From positions 96,001 through 160,000 of the forward strand of contig JAXMNT010000004.1 in assembly GCA_034670305.1 (NCBI GenBank): a stretch of DNA of 64,000 nt, given 5' to 3'. A program made the position numbers and the translations under genes. Below the pieces are notes generated by a model that made no database searches, was not told where the DNA came from, and saw nothing but the letters and a program-made list of their open reading frames with translations. This document shows, one piece after another, positions 18,991 through 29,846 of the stretch (positions within the stretch are counted from its first letter, which is position 1; every line of letters begins with the position of its first letter). The stretch comes from Deltaproteobacteria bacterium (GTDB lineage: Bacteria; Myxococcota_A; Polyangia; Polyangiales; Houyiibacteriaceae).

Positions 18991-21177
18991 TCAGCTGCCG
19001 GTCAACGTAGGCCAGTCAGCTGACAGGTAGAAGGAGAGCATTGCGGTCAGGCGCACCGCGAGGTCGGCGTCGACGAGCACTCCGTCTTTGCGGCGCGTGG
19101 CCCATGCTTCAAGGCCCATCTCCTCCGCGCCGGCCACGTCCTTCTCCCCGCGCAGCGCAAGCATTGCGCGCACCGCGCCGAGGTCTCCGGCGAGCGCGAG
19201 GCCGACCCGGTCCGCGGTCAGCTGCATGAGGCGGTGGGTGGCGAGGAGCGGCTCGACCATGGACTCCTTCTCTTCCGGTGCTGCTTCGTCGGCGGGCGTC
19301 TTCTTCCCGAACCAGCCGCTGGCTTTGTCCATCCACTTGCCGACGGTGCCGTCGCGCACCGCGCCGAGCACCGTGCCAAACGAGTCCGGGACCCGGATGG
19401 ACTTCATGAGCGGCAACGCGGTGAAGAGCATCTCGAAACCGCTCAACCCCTTGTCGACCGCGCCGCGCCACATCTCGCTCGAGGTCACCCGCGCGTGTCC
19501 AAAGCGCAGGTGGGCGAGCTCGCTGCCGAGCGCGTACCGCAGCTCGCTCGCGCTCAACTTCAGCGGCCCTTCGTCGAGGTGCCTGCCGCCGAGCACGACG
19601 AACGCGCCGGCTCCGTCGTCGTACGCGCGGCAGCCCGTCGCCAGCTCGCCGCGAGACACGTAGCACTGCGCGTCGACGCCGAGCGCGGTCCGCGCGACTT
19701 CGAAACTCGCAAGCGCGGTCGGCTCGTCGAGCTTCGCACAGAAGGTGCGCAGCGCGGAGTGATCCGGCGTCTGCACCGTCGCCACGAGCGATTGCACAGT
19801 CGCCGCGAATGCGTCCGTGCGGCCGATGGGATGGCGCAGCGCTTCGAGTTCTTTCGGACTCCAGACGCCCCGATCGAATCTGCCATCCTCCGCCCCCCGT
19901 GGGAGTCCGTGCTCCAGCACCGCGAGCAAGCGGCCCGCGCGGTCGGCCAGTACGTCTTGCGTCTGGATGGCCTCGATGCGGGCGGGCACCATCGGCTCGA
20001 GCCGCGCAAGCGCGTGCGGCGCGGTGGGGTCGAGCGGCGCGAGCGCTTCGAGCAACGCGATCCGCGCCCGCACATGGGTCGCCGCGAGATTGCCGTCTTC
20101 GCTCGTGTGCGGCACGAGATCGGCGAGATCCGGATCCGGCAGCGCCGCGAGGCTGGACTCGAGCAAATTCTTCGCCGCCACGTCGTCGCCTGCGCCGCGC
20201 AGGTCGTCGGCACGTTTCAGATCCGCCGCGACCGGATCGTCGCTCCGCGCGCGCGACCACTCCGCATCGCTGAGCGCCAGCGCGTGCGGGCTCGCCGCAT
20301 CGAACGCGCGCAGTGCTTCGAAGATGGCCAGCCGCTGCGCCGCATCGAACTTCCAAGCGTCGGCCCAGGCAACGATCGCCTCCGGGGTGAGGCTCGCGAC
20401 GAACGCGTCGTCGATCGAGAGCGGCTCAGGCGCATCCGGCGAGAGCAGCGCGCGTTCGACCCGCGCGCGGGGTCCGTCGAGGCTGGCGAGCAGCCGTTCG
20501 CCTTCGTCCCGGTGCGCCGCGCGGCACGCATCGACCACGAAGCGGAGCCGGCTGTTCGAGGGCGCGGAGAGGTGCGGCGCGAGCGCGCCGTACCGGTCTT
20601 CGTTGCCGAGGGTCGCGTGCCAGGTGCACGGCTCGGCGCCCTCGGACTTGGCAACCGCGGTGACGATGTCGCGGCCGGTGCGCACTTGAACCGACATCGA
20701 CGCGAGTTCGTGCAGCACGAGGTCGCCGAGCGGGCCCAGCGCGAACCACGCGGCGCGCCGGTCGGTCCACACGAAGCGGCTCTGCACCGAGTGCTTCGGC
20801 CCGTATTCGGAGACGACTTCGAGGTCCGTCGCGGTCTCCAGAAACGCGAGCAAGAACTCGTCGGGTGCGAGCCACGTCTGGAGGAACGCACCTTCCAGCT
20901 CGGTCCACGGTTCGAGGTACGGCCCGCTCGCTGGGAGCGCCCGGTCGCCGCGCCAGCGACTCGCCGCGATGAGCGCCATCGCGTCGCCGCCCGAACCGCG
21001 CGGCACGTCGAACTTCGTACCTGCCACCTCCACCGCGTCCCGCAGCCGCCCCTCCTGGTAGAGAAGCGGCGCCGCCGGCACCCGCGCCCCGTCGCGCTCC
21101 AGGTAGAGGGATCGCCCTCCGAGCACCAACGCCGCCCCACCCGAAAGCTCCACCGAGTCACCATCGCCGCCGAGCAT
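18991..21177 (-). CDS. Hypothetical protein with C-terminal M48-peptidase-like domain (degenerate active site)
   Basis: ELRYALGSELAHLRFGH and QLTADRVGL resemble M48 HExxH / ExxADxxG motifs; start ATG 21177 chosen within ORF 18991..21273. Confidence 0.65.
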   Translation of the reverse strand: MLGGDGDSVELSGGAALVLGGRSLYLERDGARVPAAPLLYQEGRLRDAVEVAGTKFDVPRGSGGDAMALIAASRWRGDRALPASGPYLEPWTELEGAFLQTWLAPDEFLLAFLETATDLEVVSEYGPKHSVQSRFVWTDRRAAWFALGPLGDLVLHELASMSVQVRTGRDIVTAVAKSEGAEPCTWHATLGNEDRYGALAPHLSAPSNSRLRFVVDACRAAHRDEGERLLASLDGPRARVERALLSPDAPEPLSIDDAFVASLTPEAIVAWADAWKFDAAQRLAIFEALRAFDAASPHALALSDAEWSRARSDDPVAADLKRADDLRGAGDDVAAKNLLESSLAALPDPDLADLVPHTSEDGNLAATHVRARIALLEALAPLDPTAPHALARLEPMVPARIEAIQTQDVLADRAGRLLAVLEHGLPRGAEDGRFDRGVWSPKELEALRHPIGRTDAFAATVQSLVATVQTPDHSALRTFCAKLDEPTALASFEVARTALGVDAQCYVSRGELATGCRAYDDGAGAFVVLGGRHLDEGPLKLSASELRYALGSELAHLRFGHARVTSSEMWRGAVDKGLSGFEMLFTALPLMKSIRVPDSFGTVLGAVRDGTVGKWMDKASGWFGKKTPADEAAPEEKESMVEPLLATHRLMQLTADRVGLALAGDLGAVRAMLALRGEKDVAGAEEMGLEAWATRRKDGVLVDADLAVRLTAMLSFYLSADWPTLTGS

Positions 21178-21243
21178 ACAAGAGCGAGGGTCCCGGCCGA
21201 CCGAGAGTCCGATCCCGATCGCGAAGCCGTCGGATTTCGGCTC

Positions 21244-21508
21244 CCCTGCGGTTCTGCGACGGAACTTCCCCACAACTCCCCCGAACTCTCCCCAAAAGGA
21301 GGGGCGCCTACAAGTGACGCAGCGCCCACAGGCATGATCACGCAGACGCTGGTCGGGTCACCCGCGGTCGCTCGGAGGACCCAGAACCGCTGTTCTGTTT
21401 CTTGAGGCGGCGCACTCCTGCTTGGTGGTCGGTTCTCGCCGGCTTCTTGGTTTGGTTTCGGGAGAGTTTGGGGGAGTTGTGGGGGAGTGTGGGGGAGGAA
21501 CCGCAGGG
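21244..21508 (+). other. Foldback element: candidate structured ncRNA or MITE-like element
   Basis: IRs 21244-21254/21498-21508 (11 bp perfect) and 21268-21292/21460-21484 (25 bp, one G.T pair), plus nested inner stems. Confidence 0.55.
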
Positions 21509-21542
21509 ACGCAGCACAGCACCGGCTGGGCATGCGCCCAGC

Positions 21543-21967
21543 CAGCATCAGAATCAGCGGCAGCATCAGCATCAGCGGCAGCATCAGCGGCAGCATCAGC
21601 GGCAGCATCAGCCGCAGCATCAGCCGCAGCATCAGCGCCAGCATCAGCCGCAGCATCAGCCGCAGCATCAGCCGCAGCATCAGCCGCAGCATCAGCCGCA
21701 GCATCAGCCGCAGCATCAGCGGCAGAATCAGCCGCAGCATCAGCCGCAGCATCAGCGGCAGCATCAGCCGCAGCATCAGCGGCAGCATCGGCTCGGCATG
21801 TCGGCTTCGGCATCGGCTTCGGCTTCGGCTTCGGCTTCGGCATCGGCATCGGCGTCGGCATCGGCTTCGGTTTCGGCTTCGGCTTCGGCTTCGGCATCGG
21901 CATCGGCGTCGGCATCGGCTTCGGCTTCGGCATCGGCATCGGCTTCGGCTTCGGCTTCGGTTCGGAT
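21543..21967. repeat. 12-mer tract (GCAGCATCAGCC/G)n followed by hexamer tract (TTCGGC/ATCGGC)n
   Basis: Direct reading; unit switches near 21790. Confidence 0.92.
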
Positions 21968-22014
21968 CGCCTCCGCCCCACAACCCGTCACACGCCCGTG
22001 CGATAAGACTCTCC

Positions 22015-23415
22015 GTGGCCGCCGCAAAGAAGAAGAAGTCGAAGAAGGGGAACTACGAGTGCACCGCCTGCGGGGCGCGGCACGCCCGCTGGATGGGCAA
22101 GTGCACCACCTGCGACGAGTGGAACACCCTCGAAGAAGCCAAGGCCGAGGTCAGTGTCGCGTCGAAGGAGCGGACCGGTGGGAGCGCGCGTCCGGTGAAG
22201 ATCAAGAACGTCAGCGCGGAGGATGCCAACCGGCTGCCCACCGGCATCGGCGAGCTCGATCGAGCGCTCGGCGGCGGCCCGGTCCGCGGCTCCGTGATCC
22301 TGCTCGGCGGCGATCCGGGCATCGGCAAGTCGACCCTCATGATGCAGGCGCTCGCCGCGCTGGCGGGGTCTGCCGCGAACGGAGGCGCGGGCCGAAGCGC
22401 GCTCTACGTCACCGGGGAAGAGTCCGCCGCGCAGGTCGCGCTGCGGGCGCGCCGCGTGGGCGGCAAGGGCATGGACGAAGTGCACCTGCTCGCCACGACC
22501 GACCTCGAAGACGCGGAGTCCGCGCTCGCGTCGATGAAACCCGAAGTCGCGGTCATCGACTCCATCCAGACCCTGCGCTCGAGCGAACTGGGCTCCTCGG
22601 CCGGCAGCGTCACCCAGCTGCGCGAAGTCTCCGGCCGCCTCATCGATCTCGCCAAGCGCCACGGCACCGCGATGTTCCTCATCGGCCACGTGACCAAAGA
22701 AGGCACCCTCGCCGGCCCGAAGATGCTCGAGCACCTCGTCGACACGGTGCTCGCCTTCGAAGGGGACCGCAGCCACGCGTTCCGCGTCGTGCGCGCCACC
22801 AAGAACCGGTTCGGCCCCGCGCACGAGCTCGGGGTGTTCGAGATGGTCCGGGAAGGCCTGCGCGAAGTCCCCGATCCAAGCGCGCTGTTTCTCGCCGAAC
22901 GCCCGAAGGACGCGGCCGGCTCGGTGGTCGTACCCACCGCCGAAGGATCCCGCCCGCTCCTCATCGAACTGCAAGCCCTCGTCGCCCCGCCCCAGTACGG
23001 CGCCCCGCGGCGCGTGGTCTCGGGGCTCGACGGCAACCGCCTCGCCATCCTGCTCGCGGTGCTCGACCGAAAGGCCGACGTCGGCGTGCTCGACCGCGAC
23101 GTCTTCGCTTCGGTCGCCGGCGGCGCCCGCGTCGACGAACGCGCGCTCGACCTCGCCCTCGTGCTCGCCGTCGTCAGCAGCTACCGCAACAAGCCGGTGC
23201 CCGTCGACGTCGCGGCGTTCGGCGAAGTCGGCCTCGCCGGCGAAGTCCGCGCTGTGCCGCGCCCCGGGCCACGGGTACAGGAAGCGGCGAAGCTGGGTTT
23301 CTCGCGAGTGATTCTGCCAGCCGCCAACGCCGACCGCCTCACGAAGTCCGAACGCAAAGGGGTGCGGCTGATCGCGGTCAACACGGTCGAAGAAGCGCTG
23401 GCGGTGCTGAGCTGA
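22015..23415 (+). CDS. radA: DNA repair protein RadA/Sms
   Basis: C4 zinc finger (CTACG...CTTC), [22 protein letters not shown], Lon-like C-terminus ([11 protein letters not shown]). Confidence 0.97.
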   Translation: MAAAKKKKSKKGNYECTACGARHARWMGKCTTCDEWNTLEEAKAEVSVASKERTGGSARPVKIKNVSAEDANRLPTGIGELDRALGGGPVRGSVILLGGDPGIGKSTLMMQALAALAGSAANGGAGRSALYVTGEESAAQVALRARRVGGKGMDEVHLLATTDLEDAESALASMKPEVAVIDSIQTLRSSELGSSAGSVTQLREVSGRLIDLAKRHGTAMFLIGHVTKEGTLAGPKMLEHLVDTVLAFEGDRSHAFRVVRATKNRFGPAHELGVFEMVREGLREVPDPSALFLAERPKDAAGSVVVPTAEGSRPLLIELQALVAPPQYGAPRRVVSGLDGNRLAILLAVLDRKADVGVLDRDVFASVAGGARVDERALDLALVLAVVSSYRNKPVPVDVAAFGEVGLAGEVRAVPRPGPRVQEAAKLGFSRVILPAANADRLTKSERKGVRLIAVNTVEEALAVLS

Positions 23416-23438
23416 GGCCGTCGGCCGCAATCGCTACA

Positions 23439-23690
23439 AGCGACAGAGCCAGCAACAGCGTCAGCGTCAGCGGCAGCGACAGCGGCAGCAACAGCGGCAG
23501 CGGCAGCGGCAGCGGCAGCGGCAGCGTCAGCGGCAGGAACAGCGTCAGCGTGTCAGCGACAGCGTCAGCGTCAGCGACAGCGTCAGCAACATCAACAACA
23601 GCGTCCGCAACAGCGTCGGCAGCAACCGCGTTCAGCAGCAGCAACAGCGTCAGCGGCAGCAGCAGCCTCAGAGACAGCAACAGCGTCAAC
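23439..23690. repeat. Degenerate hexamer tract (CAGCGG/CAGCGT/CAGCAA/CAGCGA)
   Basis: Direct reading; between convergent genes. Confidence 0.85.
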
Positions 23691-23778
23691 CCCGTTGGGG
23701 TGAGGCGGCTGTCGTTGGGACATGTCCTAGCGTCGAAGGTGGTTGTGCGCGTTTTGCGAGGTGCGGACGGTTGGGTGC

Positions 23779-23820
23779 ACCGGCGCAAAGCGCCGGTATT
23801 CGTCGACGCGAAGCGACGAC
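23779..23820 (-). terminator. Hairpin pair downstream of the outer-membrane protein gene (possible terminator)
   Basis: ACCGGCGC-AAA-GCGCCGGT and a GTCG-a-CGC-GAA-GCG-a-CGAC hairpin. Confidence 0.4.
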
Positions 23821-23822
23821 GA

Positions 23823-25802
23823 CTAGAAGTCGACGCCCAAAATCAGACGAAGCGTCTGCGCGTTCTTCAGCCCGTTGAAGTCCGCCGGTGCAGCGCTGAT
23901 GCCGCGGTACTCGGGGTAGTCGAGCCCGGCGAACGGGAAGAGGACGCCGTAGTTGAACTGGAGGTAGAACCCATCCATCGGATCGGGGCCGTCTTCGCTC
24001 CGGTACGTGACCGTGAAGTCGAGCTCGAGGCCCAGATTCGGGTCGGAGCCGAATGCTTGCACCTCCTGCGCCGCCCGGCTGTACACCACGTCGACGCCCA
24101 CGCTGAACAGCTGTCCGAACGGGCTTCGAATGATGTCGTACGAGATGCCCGGGCGCAGGTACCAGGCACCGCCGACTCGGCCGAGGATGTTCCGCCACAG
24201 GATCAGGTCGATCCGGTAGTTCGGATGCATCTGAAAGAGGCTGTTGGTGTCATCGCCCGTTATCTGGGCCAGGAGCGTGCCCTCCCCCAACCCGCCCATG
24301 TCGGCGTCACCGCTCGCGTAGCCCGTGTAGAGGCGAATGTTCAGCTTGTCGTCGAGGAGGCGGTACTCGCCCTCGAACGCGATCGCGAACTGGCGGATCT
24401 TGAGGTCGTCCCGCACATACGAAGTGTTCTCAACGTTCTCGATCTGACCAGCGATCATGACCGCTTCGGCTTCCAGTCGAAGTCCGCCCATCAAGAACTG
24501 GCCCCACAAATCGGGGATGTATGCCCGGGCCTGGCGCCGGACGAAATAGTCGTCGGCGGAGCCAGCGAACGCCGTGTTCTGCCCCACAGAGCTCAGGCCC
24601 TGGCTTCGGTAGACGAAGTAGAAGCCGCCGTTGAGGACCCAGCTGCCCCGCTGGAGTCGGTCGCGTTGCTCTTCGGGATCCATCCGCCTGGCGGCCGCGA
24701 ACACGTACTGGCGGATGTCGTCCTTCGCCGTCGCGTCGTACGGAACCCCCCGAAGATCACCAAGTAGGTCACGCTGAATGCCCTGACCAGCGAAGTCCCA
24801 GGCAGCGACCAGGTGGATGCCCGCGAGTTTGGTGATCGCCATGATCCGATCGACGTCGCTGGACTGGTCCGCATCGATGCCCATGCCATCGTTGGCGAGG
24901 ATGCCGAGACCCCAGTGGGAAGGCATGCGACCGAAACGCAACTGGCCGAGACCGCGGTTGGTCACCTCCGCCCAGGCATGGCGCACGTAGATGCTGTCCC
25001 GGGCGCTGTTGCGGTAGGACTGGGGCGGGTTCTGCCCGGCCGAAAAGCTGTCGATGGGAACGCCGGGGGACCGGACGTCGCTTTCGAAGAAGCCGTCGTC
25101 GTTCTGCTGGTAGGCGAGGCCATCGGGGGTGGAGCCCAGCACGAGGTTGTCGAACACGTCCAGGGTCATGCGGACCCGCACGTCGTCGCTCAGCGAAAGG
25201 GTGGGCCGAAGACGCAGCCGCATGTTGGCAAACCGAAGACGGTCCGAGCCACCGCAGTTGTTGGGGTTGGCAGCGTCTCGAACGCCGCCTGCTTCGGTCG
25301 GAACCGACTCTCCACAACCGCCCGCTGGCACGTAGTTCCGGTCGGCCGGGGTGAAGCGTGCGAACGGCGCGTCGCTTCGGCCCAAGAAGAAGCTGTCTTG
25401 GAGCTCGCCGCGGACGCGCATGTAGCCGTCGAGGGTCAGCACGCTCTGGGGGGCCGTCGCCGAGAAGCGGGTCGGGTCGGCGGAGGGCTGCGGGTCGGAT
25501 TCCGGCGCGCTCTGGGCGAGCAGGTTCGAGTCGCCGGCCGCGTCGGTGCCCTCTTCTTCTTCGTCCCATCCGTCGTCGACGTCGACGTCCGGCATCTCGA
25601 GCTGAGGCGGACGAAGCTCGGGGTCGGCTTCCTCCTCCTCTTCTTCGTCTTCCTCTTCGTCCTCTTCGTCGATCGCTTCTTCCTCTTCCACTTCGGTTTC
25701 ACCCGCGGCCGGGGGCTGCGCGAGGAGGGTGGAGGGAGAGAGCGTGGCGCCCCACGCGAGCGCGAGACCAAGGAGAAGAAGTCGGCGGGTTTCGAGAGTC
25801 AT
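23823..25802 (-). CDS. Myxobacterial outer-membrane beta-barrel protein (TIGR04551-like)
   Basis: Signal peptide, acidic linker, ANMRLRLRP, DNLVLGSTP, GRMPSHWGLGILAN, C-terminal Phe (ILGVDF); family recalled from motifs. Confidence 0.75.
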   Translation of the reverse strand: MTLETRRLLLLGLALAWGATLSPSTLLAQPPAAGETEVEEEEAIDEEDEEEDEEEEEEADPELRPPQLEMPDVDVDDGWDEEEEGTDAAGDSNLLAQSAPESDPQPSADPTRFSATAPQSVLTLDGYMRVRGELQDSFFLGRSDAPFARFTPADRNYVPAGGCGESVPTEAGGVRDAANPNNCGGSDRLRFANMRLRLRPTLSLSDDVRVRMTLDVFDNLVLGSTPDGLAYQQNDDGFFESDVRSPGVPIDSFSAGQNPPQSYRNSARDSIYVRHAWAEVTNRGLGQLRFGRMPSHWGLGILANDGMGIDADQSSDVDRIMAITKLAGIHLVAAWDFAGQGIQRDLLGDLRGVPYDATAKDDIRQYVFAAARRMDPEEQRDRLQRGSWVLNGGFYFVYRSQGLSSVGQNTAFAGSADDYFVRRQARAYIPDLWGQFLMGGLRLEAEAVMIAGQIENVENTSYVRDDLKIRQFAIAFEGEYRLLDDKLNIRLYTGYASGDADMGGLGEGTLLAQITGDDTNSLFQMHPNYRIDLILWRNILGRVGGAWYLRPGISYDIIRSPFGQLFSVGVDVVYSRAAQEVQAFGSDPNLGLELDFTVTYRSEDGPDPMDGFYLQFNYGVLFPFAGLDYPEYRGISAAPADFNGLKNAQTLRLILGVDF

Positions 25803-26005
25803 GATGCTCCAACACCTCCTGGGGAGGAGGGCGGCGAGGGGCGTAACACGTCGGATCCGGCGAGACCAGGTGCGAACTCATGGAGATCGACCTCACAAGG
25901 CCTGCCAGGATTTCTGAGGGTGGGGTTTGGGCGCCCCGAGACTAACGGGCACAGAACACCCGAGCCTTGCTTGTGTTTCGGACATCGCGTGCGAAGGTGC
26001 CCGCC

Positions 26006-27652
26006 ATGTCGAGTGAAACGTTGACCTTGGTCCCCTACGGCGGCCTCGGCGAAGTCGGTATGAATGCGATGACCCTTGAAATATCGGGGGTTCGGGTGAT
26101 GCTCGACTGCGGGGTGACGTTCCCCGGGGGCGTTCTCGGCGTGGACATCGACCATCCGCGGTTCGACCACGTGTTGGCGGCGCCGAACGCGCTCCACGCG
26201 ATCCTCATCACCCACGGCCACGAAGATCACATCGGCGCCCTGCCCTTCCTGCTTCGGGCGATCCGCCCCAAGCGCGACCAGCCCCTCCCGGTCTACGGCC
26301 CGCCCTACGCGCTCAAGCTCATCGAGCGCCGCCTCGAAGAACACCGGATGGCGCTGCCGCCGATGATCGCCACCGAGGTGGGCAAGAAGTTCGAGGTCGG
26401 CCCCTTCGAGGTCGAACCCTTCCAGGTGAACCACTCGATCCCGGACTCCACCGGCCTCATCCTGCGCACCCCGGCCGGCACGATCGTGCACAGCGGCGAC
26501 TTCAAGATCGAGAAGCGCCCGGTCGACGATCGCCCCTTCGGCCACGACGCGCTCCGCAAGGCGGCCGACGAAGGCATCGATCTCCTGATGAGCGACTCGA
26601 CCAACATCGACGTCGAAGGCCACACCGGTGAAGAAGCCGACGTGAGCCCCGTGATCCAGCAGATCATGGCCGACGCCCAGCACCGGGTGATCGTCGCGCA
26701 GTTCGCGTCGAACGTGTACCGCATGCGCGCGGTCTTCGACGCCGCCCGCGCCCATGGCCGCAAGGTCTGTCTGCTCGGTCGCAGCGTGCGCAACCACGCG
26801 GAGATCGCCCGCAGCCTCGGCTTCCTCGATGGGGTGGACGATCTGCTGGTCGAACCCGACGACGCGATGAAGATGGCCCGCCACAAGGTGTGCGCGATCG
26901 CGACCGGCACCCAAGGCGAAGGTGCCGCGGCGCTCTCCCGACTCACCCGCGACGACCACCCGTACTTCCAGATCGAAGAAGGCGACACGGTCGTGTTCTC
27001 CTCGCGGGTCATTCCCGGCATGGAGAAGAAGGTCTTCGGCCTCCAGAACGACCTCGAGCGCAAAGGCATCCGCGTCATCCACCGCCGCACCAACGAAGGC
27101 GTGCACGTGAGCGGCCACGCGGCGCGCGGCGAGCAGCGCGATCTCATCGAGCTGTGCAAACCCCGGGCGTTCCTCCCCGTGCACGGCACCTACCACCACC
27201 TCAAGCGCCACGCCGACCTCGGCGAGTCCTGCGGCGTGCCGAGCCTCGCGGTCGAGAACGGCAGCGTGCTCGAGCTGACCGACGGCGTCTTGAAGAAGAC
27301 CGGCGAAGTGCTCTCCGGCCGCGTGCACATCCAGCGTGGTGAAGAGGTCGACGAGAGCCAGCTCAAAGACCGCGCGCTCCTGAGCGAGCTCGGCCACGCC
27401 ATCGTCGCGTTCGTCCGCGTCGGTCGCCGCTTCGAAGTCGACGTCGCCACCCGCGGCGCCCTTCGCCCGGACATCGAAGAAGACGTCCTCGACCAACTCG
27501 CCGACTGGGTCCGCCAAGACCTCGGCCGCGCCGACAGCCAAGACCTCGACGTCCTCGAAGACGCCGCCCGCCGAAGCGTCCGCCGCTTCTTCGGCAAAAA
27601 GTTCCGCCGCAAGCCCCTCGTCACCGTGCTCGGCCTAGACCAAAGCCGCTAA
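26006..27652 (+). CDS. rnj: Ribonuclease J
   Basis: [48 protein letters not shown]. Confidence 0.95.
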   Translation: MSSETLTLVPYGGLGEVGMNAMTLEISGVRVMLDCGVTFPGGVLGVDIDHPRFDHVLAAPNALHAILITHGHEDHIGALPFLLRAIRPKRDQPLPVYGPPYALKLIERRLEEHRMALPPMIATEVGKKFEVGPFEVEPFQVNHSIPDSTGLILRTPAGTIVHSGDFKIEKRPVDDRPFGHDALRKAADEGIDLLMSDSTNIDVEGHTGEEADVSPVIQQIMADAQHRVIVAQFASNVYRMRAVFDAARAHGRKVCLLGRSVRNHAEIARSLGFLDGVDDLLVEPDDAMKMARHKVCAIATGTQGEGAAALSRLTRDDHPYFQIEEGDTVVFSSRVIPGMEKKVFGLQNDLERKGIRVIHRRTNEGVHVSGHAARGEQRDLIELCKPRAFLPVHGTYHHLKRHADLGESCGVPSLAVENGSVLELTDGVLKKTGEVLSGRVHIQRGEEVDESQLKDRALLSELGHAIVAFVRVGRRFEVDVATRGALRPDIEEDVLDQLADWVRQDLGRADSQDLDVLEDAARRSVRRFFGKKFRRKPLVTVLGLDQSR

Positions 27653-27654
27653 GC

Positions 27655-27905
27655 GGCTTCGGTTTCGGGATCGGCGTCGGATTTCGGCGTCGGATTTCGG
27701 CGTCGGATTTCGGCGTCGGGTTCGGCATCGGCATCGGCTTCGGCTTCGGCTTCGGCTTCGGCTTCGGGATCGGCTTCGGGATCGGCATCGGCATCGGCAT
27801 CGGCATCGGCGTCGGCTTCGGCTTCGGCTTCGGCTTCGGCATCGGCATCGGCTTCGGCTTCGGCTTCGGCGTCGGCTTCGGCTTCGGATTCGGCTTCGGC
27901 TTCGG
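27655..27905. repeat. Hexamer tract (TTCGGC/ATCGGC) with three to four 13-mer units TCGGCGTCGGATT
   Basis: Direct reading; between convergent genes. Confidence 0.92.
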
Positions 27906-27921
27906 GGGTCGGCTCGAATCC

Positions 27922-29316
27922 TCACCGCGCCCGAACCGTCACCTCGTTCCCATCCCGCACCGCACGAAGCCCGCGCGCCCGCCCCACCGCCTGCGCCAAC
28001 GTCCCAGCGTGTTCCTCGCTTTCGACGGTCAGCGTCCACGAGAACCCCTGCCCGTCCTCCGCCGGAACGAACACATCCCCCCGCCAATACGAAGCAAGCA
28101 CGCGCGGCGCGTCTTCCCCGTGCTCGAGCAGGAAGGACCAAACCGCCAGCTCCCCCAGCGAATCGGGAGCGACGGCGGAGGCCGCCGCTGCTGAAGCTCT
28201 TGCTGCGGTTCCTGTCTCTGTTGCTGCCGCTGTCTCTGTTGCTGCCGCTGTCTCTGTTGCTGCCGCTGTCTCTGTTGCTGCCGCTGTCTCTGTTGCTGCC
28301 GCTGTCTCTGTTGCTGCCGCTGTCTCTGCCGCTGTCTCTGTTGCTGCCGCTGTCTCTGCCGCTGTCTCTGTTGCTGCCGCTGTCTCTGTTGCTGCGTCTG
28401 CTTCTGTCTCTGACTCTGAGTCTGTCTCCGCCTCTGTCTCCGCCGCAGCCGCTCTCTCCGCCGCCACCGCCGCGGCCGCGTCCACCGCCGCGTCCGTCGG
28501 CCCGTGCAGAATCTCGGACATCGTCCCCGGCGGCCGCCCATACGCCTGGTTCACCGCGACCCACCCGCCCCGTTCCCGCAGACGCCGCACGTAGGGCGCG
28601 CCATACGCGTACGGCGCGACCAAGCCGAGCCGGACGATGTGGGGCGCGGAGTGCAACGGGTGGTCGTCGCCGAGCTCGAACGCACCGGCCCGCGCATCGA
28701 CGAGCACGCTCGCTTCGCCTTCGATCAAACAGCGGAGCGCGAGTTTGGCGTCGCTGGTCGTGGCGGCGTCGTCGAGCGCGCTGAGATCGAAGTGCTGGTC
28801 GACGAGCGCGTGGGTGAGTTCGTGCATGAGCACGCTCTCCGGATGGTCGCGCCCTGCGGCGTCGCCAATCCGCCCGAACACGTCCGACCGCACGACGAGC
28901 TCCTCCGCCCGCGGGTCGTAGTACCCGAGCACCGCGTCCGAGAGATCCCCGAAGTCGACCTCGTAGTCCTCCGGAAGCAGGCCGAGCGCCTGGTACGTCC
29001 GGACCCGGCGGGCCTGCGCGACCGGATCTTGCGCCGCGCCAAGCCGCTCCCCCATCTCGCGCCGGGTCACGGTGACGGCGCGGACGGGTCGCAGGAAGCG
29101 GAGTTCGCGCCGGCGCTCGACCTCGCGGGCGAGGCGATCGATGCGGCCGGCATGGATCGCAGCCAGCCCAACACCGTGCCGCATCGCGGGCGAGGGGGTG
29201 TCCGAGGTGACTTCGCGGCGAACGAACTGGGCGGGGTCGGTGGGTTGCGGCGGGGTGGCGGCCGGGGGGCACCCCAGCAGCAAACAGATCCCCAGCCACC
29301 CGTATCGTGTTGCCAC
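27922..29316 (-). CDS. Lipoprotein, putative zinc metallopeptidase (HExxH) with in-frame repeat insert
   Basis: Lipobox [40 protein letters not shown]. Confidence 0.75.
   Translation of the reverse strand: MATRYGWLGICLLLGCPPAATPPQPTDPAQFVRREVTSDTPSPAMRHGVGLAAIHAGRIDRLAREVERRRELRFLRPVRAVTVTRREMGERLGAAQDPVAQARRVRTYQALGLLPEDYEVDFGDLSDAVLGYYDPRAEELVVRSDVFGRIGDAAGRDHPESVLMHELTHALVDQHFDLSALDDAATTSDAKLALRCLIEGEASVLVDARAGAFELGDDHPLHSAPHIVRLGLVAPYAYGAPYVRRLRERGGWVAVNQAYGRPPGTMSEILHGPTDAAVDAAAAVAAERAAAAETEAETDSESETEADAATETAAATETAAETAAATETAAETAAATETAAATETAAATETAAATETAAATETAAATETGTAARASAAAASAVAPDSLGELAVWSFLLEHGEDAPRVLASYWRGDVFVPAEDGQGFSWTLTVESEEHAGTLAQAVGRARGLRAVRDGNEVTVRAR
28211..28442. repeat. Intragenic 18/12-bp tandem repeat (CTGTCTCTGTTGCTGCCG)n
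   Basis: Encodes (AAATET)n in frame. Confidence 0.92.
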
Positions 29317-29360
29317 CCCAAAGAGATACGACGAACCGGATCAGATGGCAGCATTTCGGG

Positions 29361-29638
29361 CCCGACGCCGAAGCCGAAGCCGAAGCCGAAGCCGAAGCCG
29401 AAGCCGAAGCCGAAGCCGACCCCGAAGCCGAAGCCGACGCCGAAGCCGAAGCCGACTCCGAAGCCGACGCCGAAGCCGAAGCCGACTCCGAGGCCGAAGC
29501 CGACTCCGAAGCCGAAGCCGACTCCGAAGCCGACCCCGAACCCGAAGCCGAACCCGAAGCCGAACCCGAAGCCGAAGCCGAAGCCGAAGCCGACTCCGAA
29601 GCCGAACCCCGACCCCGACACCGAAGCCGAAGCCGAAG
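29361..29638. repeat. Hexamer tract (CCGA-NN)n
   Basis: Near-invariant CCGA core with variable dinucleotides AG/CG/CT/CC/AC/GG; followed by 15-bp repeats CGAGGCCTrGGACGC. Confidence 0.92.
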
Positions 29639-29846
29639 GCCGAGGCCTAGGACGCCGAGGCCTGGGACGCCGAGGCCGCCCATCCGGCCCGAAAGCCGCG
29701 CGGCCCCTGCCGTTGCGCTGGCGCTCATCCCATCAATGCGGTTGCGCGGACGGGGGGAGAGAAGTACGACCGGCGCCCGTTCCGGACGCTCGCCACACCC
29801 TTTTGTGCTGGCAACTGGCATTGCCGGACGTAGGAGAGTGGTACCC

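Noticed and set aside
21244-21508. Retron msr-msd, SRP RNA or MraZ-box promoter
   Set aside because: No adjacent reverse transcriptase, no SRP domain IV motif and no mraZ downstream; left as an unassigned foldback
21358-24767. Long ORFs running through repeat tracts (poly-PK, RS, ASAS, QHQP frames; also 27635-29893, 32330-33220, 58046-58555, 61371-62345)
   Set aside because: The tracts lack stop codons in most frames, so these ORFs are by-products that overlap real genes or extend them upstream
29809-29824. Sigma54-like TGGCA...TTGC upstream of tig
   Set aside because: GG-to-GC spacing is one base longer than the strict -24/-12 consensus
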